DNA from: an uncultured Thermoplasmata archaeon
GTDB taxonomy: Archaea; Thermoplasmatota; Thermoplasmata; Lutacidiplasmatales; UBA184
Assembly: GCA_963838955.1 (NCBI GenBank)
Contig: CAWISZ010000003.1
Span: 341,121 to 405,120, forward strand
DNA length: 64,000 nucleotides
Direction of reading: 5' to 3'
The stretch's first letter is position 1; every line of letters starts with the position of its first letter. Positions 49,117-59,359 of the stretch are shown piece after piece. Under the pieces are notes generated by a model, which searched no databases, was not told the DNA's origin, and was given only the letters and a program-made list of their open reading frames with translations. Both the position numbers and the translations under genes were made by a program.

Positions 49117-49955
49117 ACGCTCGGGTGCCGGAGCTACCCGCCCACGCCGCGGCGACGATCCATTCGTTCCTCCGTTCGCACGTGCTCGGCGATGGGATCG
49201 AGGGAGTCGTCGTCGGGCTCTCGGGAGGGATCGACAGTGCGCTCGTGGTCCGCCTCGCTGCGGACGCCCTCGGAAAGGACCGGGTGCTGGGAGTCCTCTT
49301 GCCGGACGCGGCGTTCCCCGAGGCCTTGAGAGCGGAGACCGAGGCGTACGCGGATACGCTCGGGATCGAACGACGCACGGTCGTGATCACGCCGATCGAG
49401 AACGCATTCCGCGCGGCGTTGCCCGAAGTCGCCGACCGGGTCACCTGGGGCAACACCAAGGCCCGGATCCGGATGACGACGCTCTACGCGCTCGCCCGCG
49501 AGCGACGCCGGCTCGTCCTTGGTACCGGAAACAAATCGGAGATCCTCCTCGGGTACTTCACGAAGTACGGGGACGGCGGCGTCGACCTGCTTCCGATCGG
49601 TGACCTGTACAAGACGCAGGTTTGCGTCTTCGCCGCGCAGCTCGAGCTCCCCGCCCCGGTCCGGCAGCGTCCTCCCAGCGCGGGCCTGTGGCCGGACCAA
49701 ACGGACGAGGCCGAGCTCGGCCTCGGCTACGCCGAGATCGACCGGATCCTCGCCGCGCTCGAGGAAGGGGAGAGCGTGGGGGAGATCGCGCGCGCGACCG
49801 CGCTCTCGCTCGAGACCGTGCGCGGCATCGCGGACCGCGTGGAGCGGAACCTGCACAAACGGGTCCCCACCCCTATCGCGAAGTTGAGCGGGAAGACGAT
49901 CGCGACGGGCGGCCACGCCGAACCATCGCACGGGGCGCGACGCGCCCGGCCATAG
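49113..49955 (+). CDS. nadE: NH3-dependent NAD+ synthetase
   Basis: GLSGGIDS, NTKARIRM, GTGNKSE, GYFTKYGDG, PSAGLW. Confidence 0.95.
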   Translation: MNARVPELPAHAAATIHSFLRSHVLGDGIEGVVVGLSGGIDSALVVRLAADALGKDRVLGVLLPDAAFPEALRAETEAYADTLGIERRTVVITPIENAFRAALPEVADRVTWGNTKARIRMTTLYALARERRRLVLGTGNKSEILLGYFTKYGDGGVDLLPIGDLYKTQVCVFAAQLELPAPVRQRPPSAGLWPDQTDEAELGLGYAEIDRILAALEEGESVGEIARATALSLETVRGIADRVERNLHKRVPTPIAKLSGKTIATGGHAEPSHGARRARP

Positions 49956-50013
49956 CCTTAAGCCCAACCGCGGTTGGACCGGCCGAATCGTCCGGAGGAC
50001 TTTTCGGCTTCCC

Positions 50014-50898
50014 ATGGACCGCCCCACCTACCGTCGCCTGTATGACGCTCTGGCGACGCTCGACGACGTGCATCGCCTCGCCCACGACGAACATCGAGAC
50101 GAGGAGCTTCTCTTCGTCATCCACACCCACCGGGTCACTCGGGACGCCACCCGACGTTTCTACCCGGTCCAGCACCAGCTCCCCCGCGTCCTATCCGAGT
50201 GGAAGCGCGGCCGCAGCATGCTCGATATCTCGCACGAGTGGCGGTTCCCGCCGGTGCTCGCCGGCCAGATCATCATGAAGGGGCTCGGAGTACCGCGCAA
50301 GCAGGTGTGGGGGTCGTTCCTGCATCCGGAGTCGGCCCCCGATGCCCGTCTACGGCACGAGGTCGAAGAGCTTCTCTCGGCCGACATGATCTATTCGCCC
50401 CGCGGCATGGAGCTCCAGCGCGAGCGCGGGATCAAGGGCGAGGATCGCTTGTACCGCTGGCTCGAGAAGCACGGGATCGGGTTCCGGACCGAGAAAGACC
50501 TGCGCGGCAAGTTCCAGAAGACCCCGGACGCCCTCCTGGACGACCCGATCGTCTTCCTCGGACAGAAGATCACCTGGATCGAATCGAAAGCGAACTTCGG
50601 CGACGACGTCGAGCTGCGCAAGAACCTCAAGCGCCAGCTCGGACCCTACACGGAGATCTTCGGAGAGGGGGCCGTCGTGTACTGGTACGGGTACATCGAG
50701 GAAGGGGAGTCTCCTCCGGGGATCCTCCTCTGGGACGCCGATCAGTTGGAGGGGCTCACGCCGGTCGTGCAGCCTCGCCCCGCGGGATCTCCCGCTGGGC
50801 CCCCGTCGCGAGGTCACGCTCCACGACCGCACCACGAGACGCCTCCTGCGGCCCGAGGATCAGAGCACGGCGGGCACGCTGGCGCGCCGCCTCCTTGA
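50014..50898 (+). CDS. TPD-domain / CDIN1 (C15orf41)-like PD-(D/E)XK protein
   Basis: KTPDALL...WIESKANFGD...QL..Y...FGEGAVVYWYG. Confidence 0.8.
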   Translation: MDRPTYRRLYDALATLDDVHRLAHDEHRDEELLFVIHTHRVTRDATRRFYPVQHQLPRVLSEWKRGRSMLDISHEWRFPPVLAGQIIMKGLGVPRKQVWGSFLHPESAPDARLRHEVEELLSADMIYSPRGMELQRERGIKGEDRLYRWLEKHGIGFRTEKDLRGKFQKTPDALLDDPIVFLGQKITWIESKANFGDDVELRKNLKRQLGPYTEIFGEGAVVYWYGYIEEGESPPGILLWDADQLEGLTPVVQPRPAGSPAGPPSRGHAPRPHHETPPAARGSEHGGHAGAPPP

Positions 50899-52057
50899 GC
50901 TGCCGGGACATCGAGCGCCCGAGCAGATCGGTGTCCGCCGAGACCCCCGCGAGACGGAGCTCGCGAACGAGGCGGATCGCATCCGGCAGGAACTCCGTCG
51001 AGACCGTCACCACGTAGGTATCGAGGGGCGGTTCGCCGTCGGGCCATCGGCCGTGCTCCTTCAAGAGGAGCTCGAGCGTTTGGTCCCCGATCGCGAGGCC
51101 GCAGGCCGGGGTCGCGGGACCGCCGAACAGCTCGATCAGGCGATCGTAGCGCCCCCCACCGAACAGCGCCCGCAGGCTCGCATCCTTCGCGTAAGCCTCG
51201 AAGACCGTGCTCGTGTAGTACGCGAGGCCCCGGACCACCGTCGGATCGAAGACGACGCGATCCGCGATCCCCGCCGGTTCGCACAGCCGGAAGATCGCCC
51301 GGATCCGCGCGATACCGGCCCGGGCCTCCTCCTCGAGCCCGAGGGCCTCGATCCGATCGAAGAACGCGGGGAGGTCCGCCGGCAGGACCCCGCCTCCGAC
51401 CGAGCCGAACAGCGCGGCGAGCGCTCCGGTGCGGTCAGTGGGTATGCCGGAGGATTCCAGGCCCGCGAGGAACTCCGTCGCGGATGATCTCCGATACCGA
51501 TCGACGGCGCGGAAGTACGCCGCGACGTCCGACGCTCCGAAGTGTCGGCCCAGCCCTTCCGCAAGGGGTCGATCGTTAAGCCGGAACGCGTAGAGCCCGG
51601 CGGCGCCCGCTTCGTCGAGCGTGAACGCGGCCGAGGCGAGCGTCTCGACCTCGGCCTCGATCCCGGCGACGCCGAGGATGTCGAAGTTGAGCTGCGAGAA
51701 CTCCCTGGTCCTCCCGGCCTGGGGCTCCTCGTAGCGCCAGAGCTTCTGGACGGTGAACCACTTGACGGGCAGGGGCTCGGACTTCGCTCGCTCCGCGTAG
51801 ATCCGGGCAAGCGATGGGGTCGTCTCCGGAGCGAGCGCGACGTCGCGGCCGCCCTTGTCCTGGAACGCCCAGACCTCCCGCGCGATCTCCTCTCCGCTCT
51901 TGACCTTGTACAGATCGAGCGGTTCGACGCTCGGCGTCTCGAGCTCGGAGAAGCCGCATCGACGGGCGCTCGCGCGCATCCGTCGCATCAGCTCCGATCG
52001 CGCCCCCGCCTCGGGAGGGACGTAGTCCCGGAACCCTCGGAGCGGTGCGAACGGCAT
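50756..52057 (-). CDS. hisS: Histidine--tRNA ligase
   Basis: RGFRDY, WRYEEPQAGR.REF, VRGLAYYT, GGGRYD. Confidence 0.96.
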   Translation of the reverse strand: MPFAPLRGFRDYVPPEAGARSELMRRMRASARRCGFSELETPSVEPLDLYKVKSGEEIAREVWAFQDKGGRDVALAPETTPSLARIYAERAKSEPLPVKWFTVQKLWRYEEPQAGRTREFSQLNFDILGVAGIEAEVETLASAAFTLDEAGAAGLYAFRLNDRPLAEGLGRHFGASDVAAYFRAVDRYRRSSATEFLAGLESSGIPTDRTGALAALFGSVGGGVLPADLPAFFDRIEALGLEEEARAGIARIRAIFRLCEPAGIADRVVFDPTVVRGLAYYTSTVFEAYAKDASLRALFGGGRYDRLIELFGGPATPACGLAIGDQTLELLLKEHGRWPDGEPPLDTYVVTVSTEFLPDAIRLVRELRLAGVSADTDLLGRSMSRQLKEAARQRARRALILGPQEASRGAVVERDLATGAQREIPRGEAARPA

Positions 52058-52082
52058 GTCCCGCGGAGCGGCCGGTGCGTAC

Positions 52083-53414
52083 TTATGTATTGGGAAGCGG
52101 CGGACGGGACTCCGGACCCAGCGGCGCGAGGTGTCGGCGGGCGGAAGGGGTCGGATGGTAGACTCCGACGGGGAACTCCTGCCGGAGCACGACGCGCCGA
52201 GCGGCTTCGGGAGGCCAGCGGGCGTGGCACCCCGGGCACCGATAGCCGCGGGCCTTCCCCAACGAACGAGCGCGTCGCAGGCACACCGGGCAGCGCGGCG
52301 CTTGGGGCCTCCCGGCGAGCTCACGACGCGCGAGGATCTCGATGCCTTCGACCCGGAAGGTCGCGTCGCGCCCCCGCCCGCCCCAGACCTTCACGCGATC
52401 GCCGGGTCGCAGCGAACGGGTCACCGGCGGTAAGATCTTGGTCGGCTCGAACGCCATGCAGAGGAGCTCGGTCCCATCGGCATCCACGATCGGGAAGCGA
52501 ACGTGGCCGCCTCGCAGCGTGGTCGGGACGGACTCCACGAGCCCCTCCACGCGCCCGCTCTCGTACGGACCGAGGGAGGCGGCGGGACGGCTCGTGAGGT
52601 GGTCGCCCGTCCCTTGATTGGTGCAGAAAAGCATCCAACGATCGACCGGCTCGGAGCGGACCGTCGCGAGCGCCCGGAGCGGCGTTCCCCGCCGACGCGC
52701 GCGCAGCCCGAAGAGGATCGGGCACGGAGTATGAGGGGCGATGAGGAGTCTCCGGGTCGCGGGGTCGGCGCATAGAAATAGATCCGGGTACCGCGCCTGA
52801 GCCTCCGCGACGGATCCGGCGTCGACCTGACGCCGGAGCGAGACGCGGGCGGGGTCCCGGTAGGCGAGAAGCTCCCAGGTCGGGTGGACCTCGGGCCATG
52901 CCGCGCTCGCCGCGGCACCGACCACGCCCCGATCATCCGCGTGGACCCGCACGGTCGCCCCCAGATCCTTCAGCGTAGCCCGGACGTCGGCTGGGCGAAC
53001 GACGCTCCGGACCGCGGTCCAGTACAGCGACGAAGGCAGTGGTCGCGTCGAGGCGACCAACGCCGGATCCGTGCCGGCCTCGCCGACGCGCGAGGCGTCG
53101 AGCACGGCCTTCCACGCCGCGTCAACGAGGCCGACCGCTTGCGTCGGCGAGAGCCGGCGGCCCTCGTCGTAGGCCCACACCGCGCGTCCATCGATCGCGC
53201 CGCAGCGCCGGCGCCGTCCGTTCCCGAGGCCGAACCGGGCGCTGAGCGCGGCGTTCCCACGCGTCTTGAAGGGGATGTTGGGATTGAGGCGGACCAGACG
53301 CGGGTCGCCGATCGGATCGATGCCGAGATCCCGCGCGACGCGGACGACCTCGGTGAGGGCGTGCGTGGTGCACCCCCCTCGGGGGCTGTCGGTGTCGTCG
53401 ATGCCGATCCACAT
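52083..53414 (-). CDS. tiaS: tRNA(Ile2) agmatinylcytidine synthetase
   Basis: IGIDDTDS..GGCTT, LNPNIPFKTRGNAA, TNQGT, C-terminal Zn ribbon. Confidence 0.95.
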   Translation of the reverse strand: MWIGIDDTDSPRGGCTTHALTEVVRVARDLGIDPIGDPRLVRLNPNIPFKTRGNAALSARFGLGNGRRRRCGAIDGRAVWAYDEGRRLSPTQAVGLVDAAWKAVLDASRVGEAGTDPALVASTRPLPSSLYWTAVRSVVRPADVRATLKDLGATVRVHADDRGVVGAAASAAWPEVHPTWELLAYRDPARVSLRRQVDAGSVAEAQARYPDLFLCADPATRRLLIAPHTPCPILFGLRARRRGTPLRALATVRSEPVDRWMLFCTNQGTGDHLTSRPAASLGPYESGRVEGLVESVPTTLRGGHVRFPIVDADGTELLCMAFEPTKILPPVTRSLRPGDRVKVWGGRGRDATFRVEGIEILARRELAGRPQAPRCPVCLRRARSLGKARGYRCPGCHARWPPEAARRVVLRQEFPVGVYHPTPSARRHLAPLGPESRPPLPNT

Positions 53415-53456
53415 TCCGCGGGAGGAGACCCCGCGAGCGCAAAGAGGATGCGCCCC

Positions 53457-54332
53457 CTACGCGACGCTGCGCAGGAGCTTCGTGTACGCCGCCCGGTTCG
53501 GCTCGAGACCGATCTCGGTCCGTGCCGGTCCGACAGCGCCGGCCGGGAGCACGCGGGTCTCGAGCGCCGGGTCGAGCGGTGTACCTTCCTTCGGGCGGTG
53601 CATTACCCCGATCGGGATCTTCCCCGAATCCATCGTGGCCAGGCAGAGCCCGAACATCGCCTTGCGATCGGACGGATCGTAGCCGGCGAGCTTGCTCACG
53701 TCCACGACCTTCTCCCGCCAGAGCTTGTACGTGTCGTTGTACGTCACGCACGGGGAGAGATCTTCGATGAACGCGAACCCCCGGTGCGCCCGGTTGAACT
53801 CGAGCGCCTCCTTCAGGACGGCCGTGAGCGTCTTCGGGTCGCCGGAGAACGTGCGGGCGATGAAGTTCGGCGCCGGGATCGAGAGCGCGGTGAGGATCGC
53901 GTCGAACGGCTTTTCGATGTTCCCTTCGAAGCCGATCTGACTCGTGGGCGAGGGCTGGCCCTTCGTCAGGCCGTACGTCTCGTTGTTCATCACGAGGTAC
54001 AGGATCGAGACGTTCTTCTTGAACGCGTGCATGAAGTGCCCCATCCCGATCGCATAGCCGTCCCCGTCGCCCCCCGCCGCGAAGACCGTGAGGTTCGGGT
54101 TCGCCAGCTTCACTCCGATCGCCTGGGCCAGGAGCCGTCCGTGGAGCGCGTGCAGGCCGTTGATCTCGAGGAAGTTGTGGATCGAGCCGGAGCAGCCGAT
54201 CCCGCCCACGAGCACGAGCTCGTGGGTCGGGATCTTCAGCTCGGCCGCGGCCTTCTTGACGCACGCGAGGAGCGCGAAATCCCCGCATCCCGGGCACCAG
54301 ATCGGCTGCGTCGGCTTGACCGATTGCACCAT
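53457..54332 (-). CDS. 2-oxoacid:ferredoxin oxidoreductase beta subunit
   Basis: WCPGCGD, GIGCS, GGDGDG, YGLTKGQ.SPT, SPCVTYN. Confidence 0.95.
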   Translation of the reverse strand: MVQSVKPTQPIWCPGCGDFALLACVKKAAAELKIPTHELVLVGGIGCSGSIHNFLEINGLHALHGRLLAQAIGVKLANPNLTVFAAGGDGDGYAIGMGHFMHAFKKNVSILYLVMNNETYGLTKGQPSPTSQIGFEGNIEKPFDAILTALSIPAPNFIARTFSGDPKTLTAVLKEALEFNRAHRGFAFIEDLSPCVTYNDTYKLWREKVVDVSKLAGYDPSDRKAMFGLCLATMDSGKIPIGVMHRPKEGTPLDPALETRVLPAGAVGPARTEIGLEPNRAAYTKLLRSVA

Positions 54333-54333
54333 C

Positions 54334-56127
54334 TTACGTTCCCTCCGTGATCGGGCGTACGATGTCGGGGGAACGGAACGAGTAACCGTCGTAGCGCAGG
54401 ATCGAGCGGAGCTTGGAGTGATGCCAGGGGACGGTCTCGCGGATCAGCCGGGCGAACTGTCCGGTGTAGTTGTTCTCCACGACGTACGCCACGTCGACGT
54501 TCTTGAGGAACGGATCGAGCTCGTGCCCGGGGACCGGCCAGAGGGTCCGGGGCTGATAGTAGTGGGTGTGGATTCCCCGGGCCCTGAGGCGCTCCTGGGC
54601 TTCGAGGATCGGCCCGATCGTGCTCCCGTAGCCGATGATACCGATCTTCGCGTGGGGTTCGCCGAAATACTTGCCGACGGGAAGATCGGGGACCGCCGCC
54701 ACCATCTTTCCCATTCGCTTGGTCATCATCTTCAGGCGGTTCTCCGGCTGGACCGAGACGTGCCCCCACTCGTCGTGCTCGTTGCCCGTGACCTGGCTCC
54801 AGACTCCCGGGGTCCCCGGCGGCGCGATCGGGCTTCCACTATCGGCCGTGAATGCGTAGCCCTTGTACTCGGTCATCTTCTCGAGGTCGGCTCCGGACAG
54901 GCGCTTCCCGCGGACCATCTGGATCCCCGCCAGATCGTACGGGGGGCTCGTCGTCGTGTTCTGACACAGCGCCTGATCGAGGAGGAGGATGACGGGGAGC
55001 CGCCACTTGTCGGCAATGTTGAGGGCGTCGACGGTGAGCTGGAAGCATTCGAGCGGGGTCGCGGGTGCGAGGATGAAGCGGGGGAACTCCCCGTGTCCGA
55101 GGTTTGCGAGGTGGGCGAGGTCCGATTGCTCATGTCGTGTCGGCTGTCCCGTGGACGGACCGACGCGGGCGCAGTCGGCGATTACGAGGGGGATCTCCGC
55201 CGCACCCGCGTGACCGATCCCCTCGGTCATGAGCGAGAGGCCGGGACCGCTCGTGGAGGTCATCACCCGCGCGCCGGCGTACGCAGCCCCGATGATCATG
55301 TTGATCGCCGCGAGCTCGTCCTCGGCCTGCCGTACGATGCCCTGGAATGCCGGCAGGTAGCGCTGGAGGTATTCCATCACTTCGGTGGCCGGCGTGATGG
55401 GGTACCCGGCAAAGAACCGTCCGCCTCCGACCACGAAGCCGAGGGCGACCGCCTGATTCCCGATCGTCAGGATCTGGTCGTGGGCGTCGCCGGTCTCTAC
55501 CTGCCATCGGTCGGCAAGGCCGGGGACCGAGAGCGCGGTTTGCCGCCCGATCTCGAGCGCTTTGAGGTTCTTGGCGAGCGCCTCCTCCCCCCGACGGGTA
55601 AACCGCTCCTCGATGACCTGACGGGTCATGACCGGATCGAACCCGAGCAACACGCTGAGGGCTCCGTAGGCGGCCGTGTTCTTGTAGATCGGTTGGCCGA
55701 CCTGGCCCCCGACGAGGGTCGCGAACGGGAAGCCGTAGGCGTTCGGAACGTCCGCGGCCGATCCGGTCGAGTCGTACAGCACGATCCCGTCCGGGCCGAG
55801 CTCGGGTCGCCCGATCTCGATGGCCTGCTCGTCGAACGCCATGAGGATGTCGACATCGGGCTTGATCGAGAGGATCGGCTGGCGGGAGGCGCGGATCGAC
55901 GCGTCCGCGTGGCCCCCGCGGATACGCGAGAGGACGTTGCGCGAGGTGTAGACGTAGAGGCCGAGCTTGCGGAAGTACCGTCCCAACAGGTCGGAGACGG
56001 TGAGAGTCCCGTCACCCCCCTGGCCACCGATCATGACGCTGATGTCGGCGAGCCGCTTCGGAACGGTGCCGGGCGAGGGGATCGGTTCGGTCGAGATTGC
56101 TCCGGTGCGACTCGCAGGGGTTGTCAT
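54334..56127 (-). CDS. 2-oxoacid:ferredoxin oxidoreductase alpha subunit (gamma-alpha fusion)
   Basis: GGQGGDG, YPITPAT, EDELAA, TSGPG. Confidence 0.95.
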   Translation of the reverse strand: MTTPASRTGAISTEPIPSPGTVPKRLADISVMIGGQGGDGTLTVSDLLGRYFRKLGLYVYTSRNVLSRIRGGHADASIRASRQPILSIKPDVDILMAFDEQAIEIGRPELGPDGIVLYDSTGSAADVPNAYGFPFATLVGGQVGQPIYKNTAAYGALSVLLGFDPVMTRQVIEERFTRRGEEALAKNLKALEIGRQTALSVPGLADRWQVETGDAHDQILTIGNQAVALGFVVGGGRFFAGYPITPATEVMEYLQRYLPAFQGIVRQAEDELAAINMIIGAAYAGARVMTSTSGPGLSLMTEGIGHAGAAEIPLVIADCARVGPSTGQPTRHEQSDLAHLANLGHGEFPRFILAPATPLECFQLTVDALNIADKWRLPVILLLDQALCQNTTTSPPYDLAGIQMVRGKRLSGADLEKMTEYKGYAFTADSGSPIAPPGTPGVWSQVTGNEHDEWGHVSVQPENRLKMMTKRMGKMVAAVPDLPVGKYFGEPHAKIGIIGYGSTIGPILEAQERLRARGIHTHYYQPRTLWPVPGHELDPFLKNVDVAYVVENNYTGQFARLIRETVPWHHSKLRSILRYDGYSFRSPDIVRPITEGT

Positions 56128-56288
56128 TGTACGGAACCCGCGGTGGACCACCCAGGTTCTGACAGAATCGAGGCCCCCCTCGTATTTAACGGATGACCCG
56201 GCCGAGGATAAGTACCGGCATTTTTCGGCTCCCGCCCGGCGTGGGAATCGCAACAAAGGTTATCTGAAAACTCCCGGTCATAGAGGTC

Positions 56289-57536
56289 GTGACCGACGAG
56301 CGGCTGGTCGAGGACTACCACTCCTTCACGTCGGCCCATCGGCGTTTCGCCGATCCGATCGTCTTCTGGGACGAGACCCTCCGCGACGGCGAGCAGACCC
56401 CTGGGGTCCATTTCAGCCCTGAAGAGAAACTACGGATCGCCGAGGTCCTGGCCGATATCGGCGTGCCCTTAATCGACGCCGGCATCCCGGTGGTCTCGGC
56501 CGAGGAGGCCCGCGCAGTCCACCTCCTCGCCCATGCCGGGCTCAAATCGAAGATCCTCGCATCCGCACGGACGGTTCCCGCCGATATCGAGGCGGTCATC
56601 AAGAGCGGCGCGAGCCACATCGCGATCTTCGTCGCCGCGAGCCAGGTCCACCTCCGGTACAAGCTGAAAATGACCCAAGAGGAGGTGCGCGAGGTCTCGC
56701 TCGCGAGCGTTCGGCGAGCGAAGAGCGCGGGCCTGCACGTCGCCTTCGTGACCGAGGACACCGTCCGGGCGCCGTTCGATTTCGTGCAACGCCTCTACCG
56801 AGACGTCCAGGAGGCGGGCGCGGACCGGCTCGTGATCGCCGACACGGTCGGGATCATGACCCCACTCACGTTCCGGTGGTACCTCGCGGAATTCCAGCGC
56901 CGCGTGCGGCCGAAGGACCTGTCCGTGCACTGCCACAACGACTTTGGCCTCGCGACGGCGAACACGCTCACGGCACTCGAGGCCGGGGTGACCGCTCCGC
57001 ATACGTGTGTCAACGGACTGGGAGAACGAGCGGGCAATGCCGCCTTCGAAGAGGTCGCGCTCGCGCTCGAGCGCCTCTACGGAGTTCGCACCGGACTGCG
57101 GACCGAGCGGATGTACGAGCTCTCCCAGCTGGTAGAGGAGCTTTCGGGCGTCGTCATCCAACCGAACAAGGCGCTCGTGGGGTACAACTCCTTCTCGCAC
57201 GAAGCCGGTATCCATACGCATGGGGTCCTCGCGCATACGCTGACGTACGAGCCGATGCAGCCCGAGATCGTCGGGCGGCACCGGCGGATGATCCTGGGTA
57301 AGCACAGCGGCAAGGCCGCGGTCGTCGAGAAGCTCAAGGAACGGGGCATCGCCGCCCCGGACCCGCTGCTCGCCGAACTCCTGCAGCGTCTCAAGGCCCA
57401 GGGCGAGACTCGTTCGAAGGACGAGCTCCGAGCCTTCCTCGTGGAGTATCGCCACCTCTTTGAACAGCCGGGGATCTCCGACGCCGAGTTCTGGAAAATG
57501 GTCGGGGCGGTCGGACTCAAAGAGGTCCGCCCGTGA
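56289..57536 (+). CDS. LeuA/homocitrate/citramalate synthase family protein without regulatory domain
   Basis: DETLRDGEQTPG, HCHNDFG, NGLGERAGN, HEAGIH, LGKHSG. Confidence 0.9.
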   Translation: MTDERLVEDYHSFTSAHRRFADPIVFWDETLRDGEQTPGVHFSPEEKLRIAEVLADIGVPLIDAGIPVVSAEEARAVHLLAHAGLKSKILASARTVPADIEAVIKSGASHIAIFVAASQVHLRYKLKMTQEEVREVSLASVRRAKSAGLHVAFVTEDTVRAPFDFVQRLYRDVQEAGADRLVIADTVGIMTPLTFRWYLAEFQRRVRPKDLSVHCHNDFGLATANTLTALEAGVTAPHTCVNGLGERAGNAAFEEVALALERLYGVRTGLRTERMYELSQLVEELSGVVIQPNKALVGYNSFSHEAGIHTHGVLAHTLTYEPMQPEIVGRHRRMILGKHSGKAAVVEKLKERGIAAPDPLLAELLQRLKAQGETRSKDELRAFLVEYRHLFEQPGISDAEFWKMVGAVGLKEVRP

Positions 57537-58813
57537 GCGGCGGCGACGGTGGGATGACCCTCGCCGAGAAGATCCTCGCGCGCGCGGCGGGGATCGATCA
57601 CGTCGTTCCGGGTCAGATCATCGAGGGGAACGTGGACCTCGCGATGATGCACGAACAGGGCGCGCAGACGGTCGCTCCGTTCCACCAGATGGGCGCGGAG
57701 AAGGTCTGGGACCCCGACCGGGTCGTGATCGCGATCGACCATTGGGTGCCGGCGTCGACCGAGGGAGCCGCGGTGCTCCACCGGATCCTGCGCAAGTTCG
57801 CGACGGAGGTCAACCTTCCCCATTTTTACGATGTGGGCAACCACGGAATCTGCCACCAGATCCTCGCCGAGCACGGGTGGGTTGTGCCGGGGGACCTCGC
57901 GGTCGGTACCGACTCGCATACGAACATGCTCGGGGCCATGGGCGCGGTGGCGGCCGGGATCGGACCGACGGAGATGGCGGCGGTCCTCGCGCTCGGCCGC
58001 CTCTGGCTGAAGGTACCTCCCACGCTGCGGATCCGAGTGAAGGGCCGGCTGGGGCCCGGGGTCGTCGCGAAGGACCTCGTCCTGCGCGCGCTCGGCGAGG
58101 TGAAGACCACCGGCGCCACGTACAAGTCCGTGGAGTGGACCGGGCCGACGATCGAACGGCTCTCCATGCCCGAGCGCTTCACGATCTGTAACATGACGAC
58201 GGAGATGGGCGCGAAGTGCGGCCTTGTCGCTCCGGACGAGACGACATTCGAATACCTGCGCACGATCGCCAAGCATCCGATGCATCCGGTCCATGCGGAC
58301 GCCGGCGCAACGTACGAACGCACGATCGATATTGACGTCGACGGGATGCCCCCGATGGTCGCGTGCCCGTACTCGCCGGACAACGTCCGCCCATTGACCG
58401 ACGTGGTGAACGAGCACATCCACGTCGATCAGGCATTCCTCGGATCCTGCACGAACGCCCGCATCGAGGACATCCGGGAGGGCGCGGCGATCCTCAAGGG
58501 CCACAAGGTCCATCCCGGCACGCGGTTCATCGTTTCGCCCGCGTCGACCTCGATCTACGAGCAATGCCTGCAGGAGGGCCTCATCGAACTGTACACGGAG
58601 GCCGGCGCGGTCTTCACGAACTCCAGCTGCTCGGCGTGCTTCGGGGGCAACATGGGCATCATCGCTCCGGACGAGGTCTGTGCGTCCTCCTCCAACCGGA
58701 ACTTTCCCGGACGAATGGGGCCGAAGGAGGGCCGGATCTACCTCATGAGCCCCGCCGCGACCGTCGCCGCAGCCGTCCGTGGTGAGATCGCCGACCCGCG
58801 GGAGTTCGGGTAG
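57533..58813 (+). CDS. Isopropylmalate/homoaconitate hydratase large subunit
   Basis: GTDSHT, GSCTN, CSACFG, NRNFPGRMG. Confidence 0.94.
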   Translation: MSGGDGGMTLAEKILARAAGIDHVVPGQIIEGNVDLAMMHEQGAQTVAPFHQMGAEKVWDPDRVVIAIDHWVPASTEGAAVLHRILRKFATEVNLPHFYDVGNHGICHQILAEHGWVVPGDLAVGTDSHTNMLGAMGAVAAGIGPTEMAAVLALGRLWLKVPPTLRIRVKGRLGPGVVAKDLVLRALGEVKTTGATYKSVEWTGPTIERLSMPERFTICNMTTEMGAKCGLVAPDETTFEYLRTIAKHPMHPVHADAGATYERTIDIDVDGMPPMVACPYSPDNVRPLTDVVNEHIHVDQAFLGSCTNARIEDIREGAAILKGHKVHPGTRFIVSPASTSIYEQCLQEGLIELYTEAGAVFTNSSCSACFGGNMGIIAPDEVCASSSNRNFPGRMGPKEGRIYLMSPAATVAAAVRGEIADPREFG

Positions 58814-58828
58814 ACGGGGATTCGCACC

Positions 58829-59359
58829 ATGAAGGACATCATCGAGGGGCGGGTGTGGACACTTGGGCGCGACATGGACACCGACCAGATCATCTCCGGA
58901 AAATACCTTACGATCATCGATCCGCAGGAATTGAAGAAGCACGTGCTCGAGATTGGACTGCCCGAGTTCGCGGCGGACGCTCGGCCCGGAGACCTCCTCG
59001 TCGCCGGAGAGAACTTCGGCTCCGGCTCGAGCCGGGAGCACGCACCCGCAGCGCTCAAGGCCGCGGGGGTCGGAGCGATCGTCGCCGACTCGTTCGCCCG
59101 GATCTTCTATCGCAACTCGATCAATCTCGGGATCCCGACGATCGAAGCCCGCGGCGTACGCGCGCTGTTCGACATGGGCGATACCGCCCGGATCGAGATG
59201 CGCGCGGGGCGGATCACGAACCTGAGGACGAACCGGTCGATCACGTTTCCTCCGATCCCGCGCCACCTCCTCGACCTCCTCGAGGCCGGGGGTCTCGTCG
59301 AGAAGGTGAAGGTCGAACTCGCCCAGCGCAAGGCCACCGCCGGGACCACCCGCGCATGA
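58829..59359 (+). CDS. Isopropylmalate/homoaconitate hydratase small subunit
   Basis: DTDQII, NFGSGSSREHA, SFARIFYRN. Confidence 0.94.
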   Translation: MKDIIEGRVWTLGRDMDTDQIISGKYLTIIDPQELKKHVLEIGLPEFAADARPGDLLVAGENFGSGSSREHAPAALKAAGVGAIVADSFARIFYRNSINLGIPTIEARGVRALFDMGDTARIEMRAGRITNLRTNRSITFPPIPRHLLDLLEAGGLVEKVKVELAQRKATAGTTRA

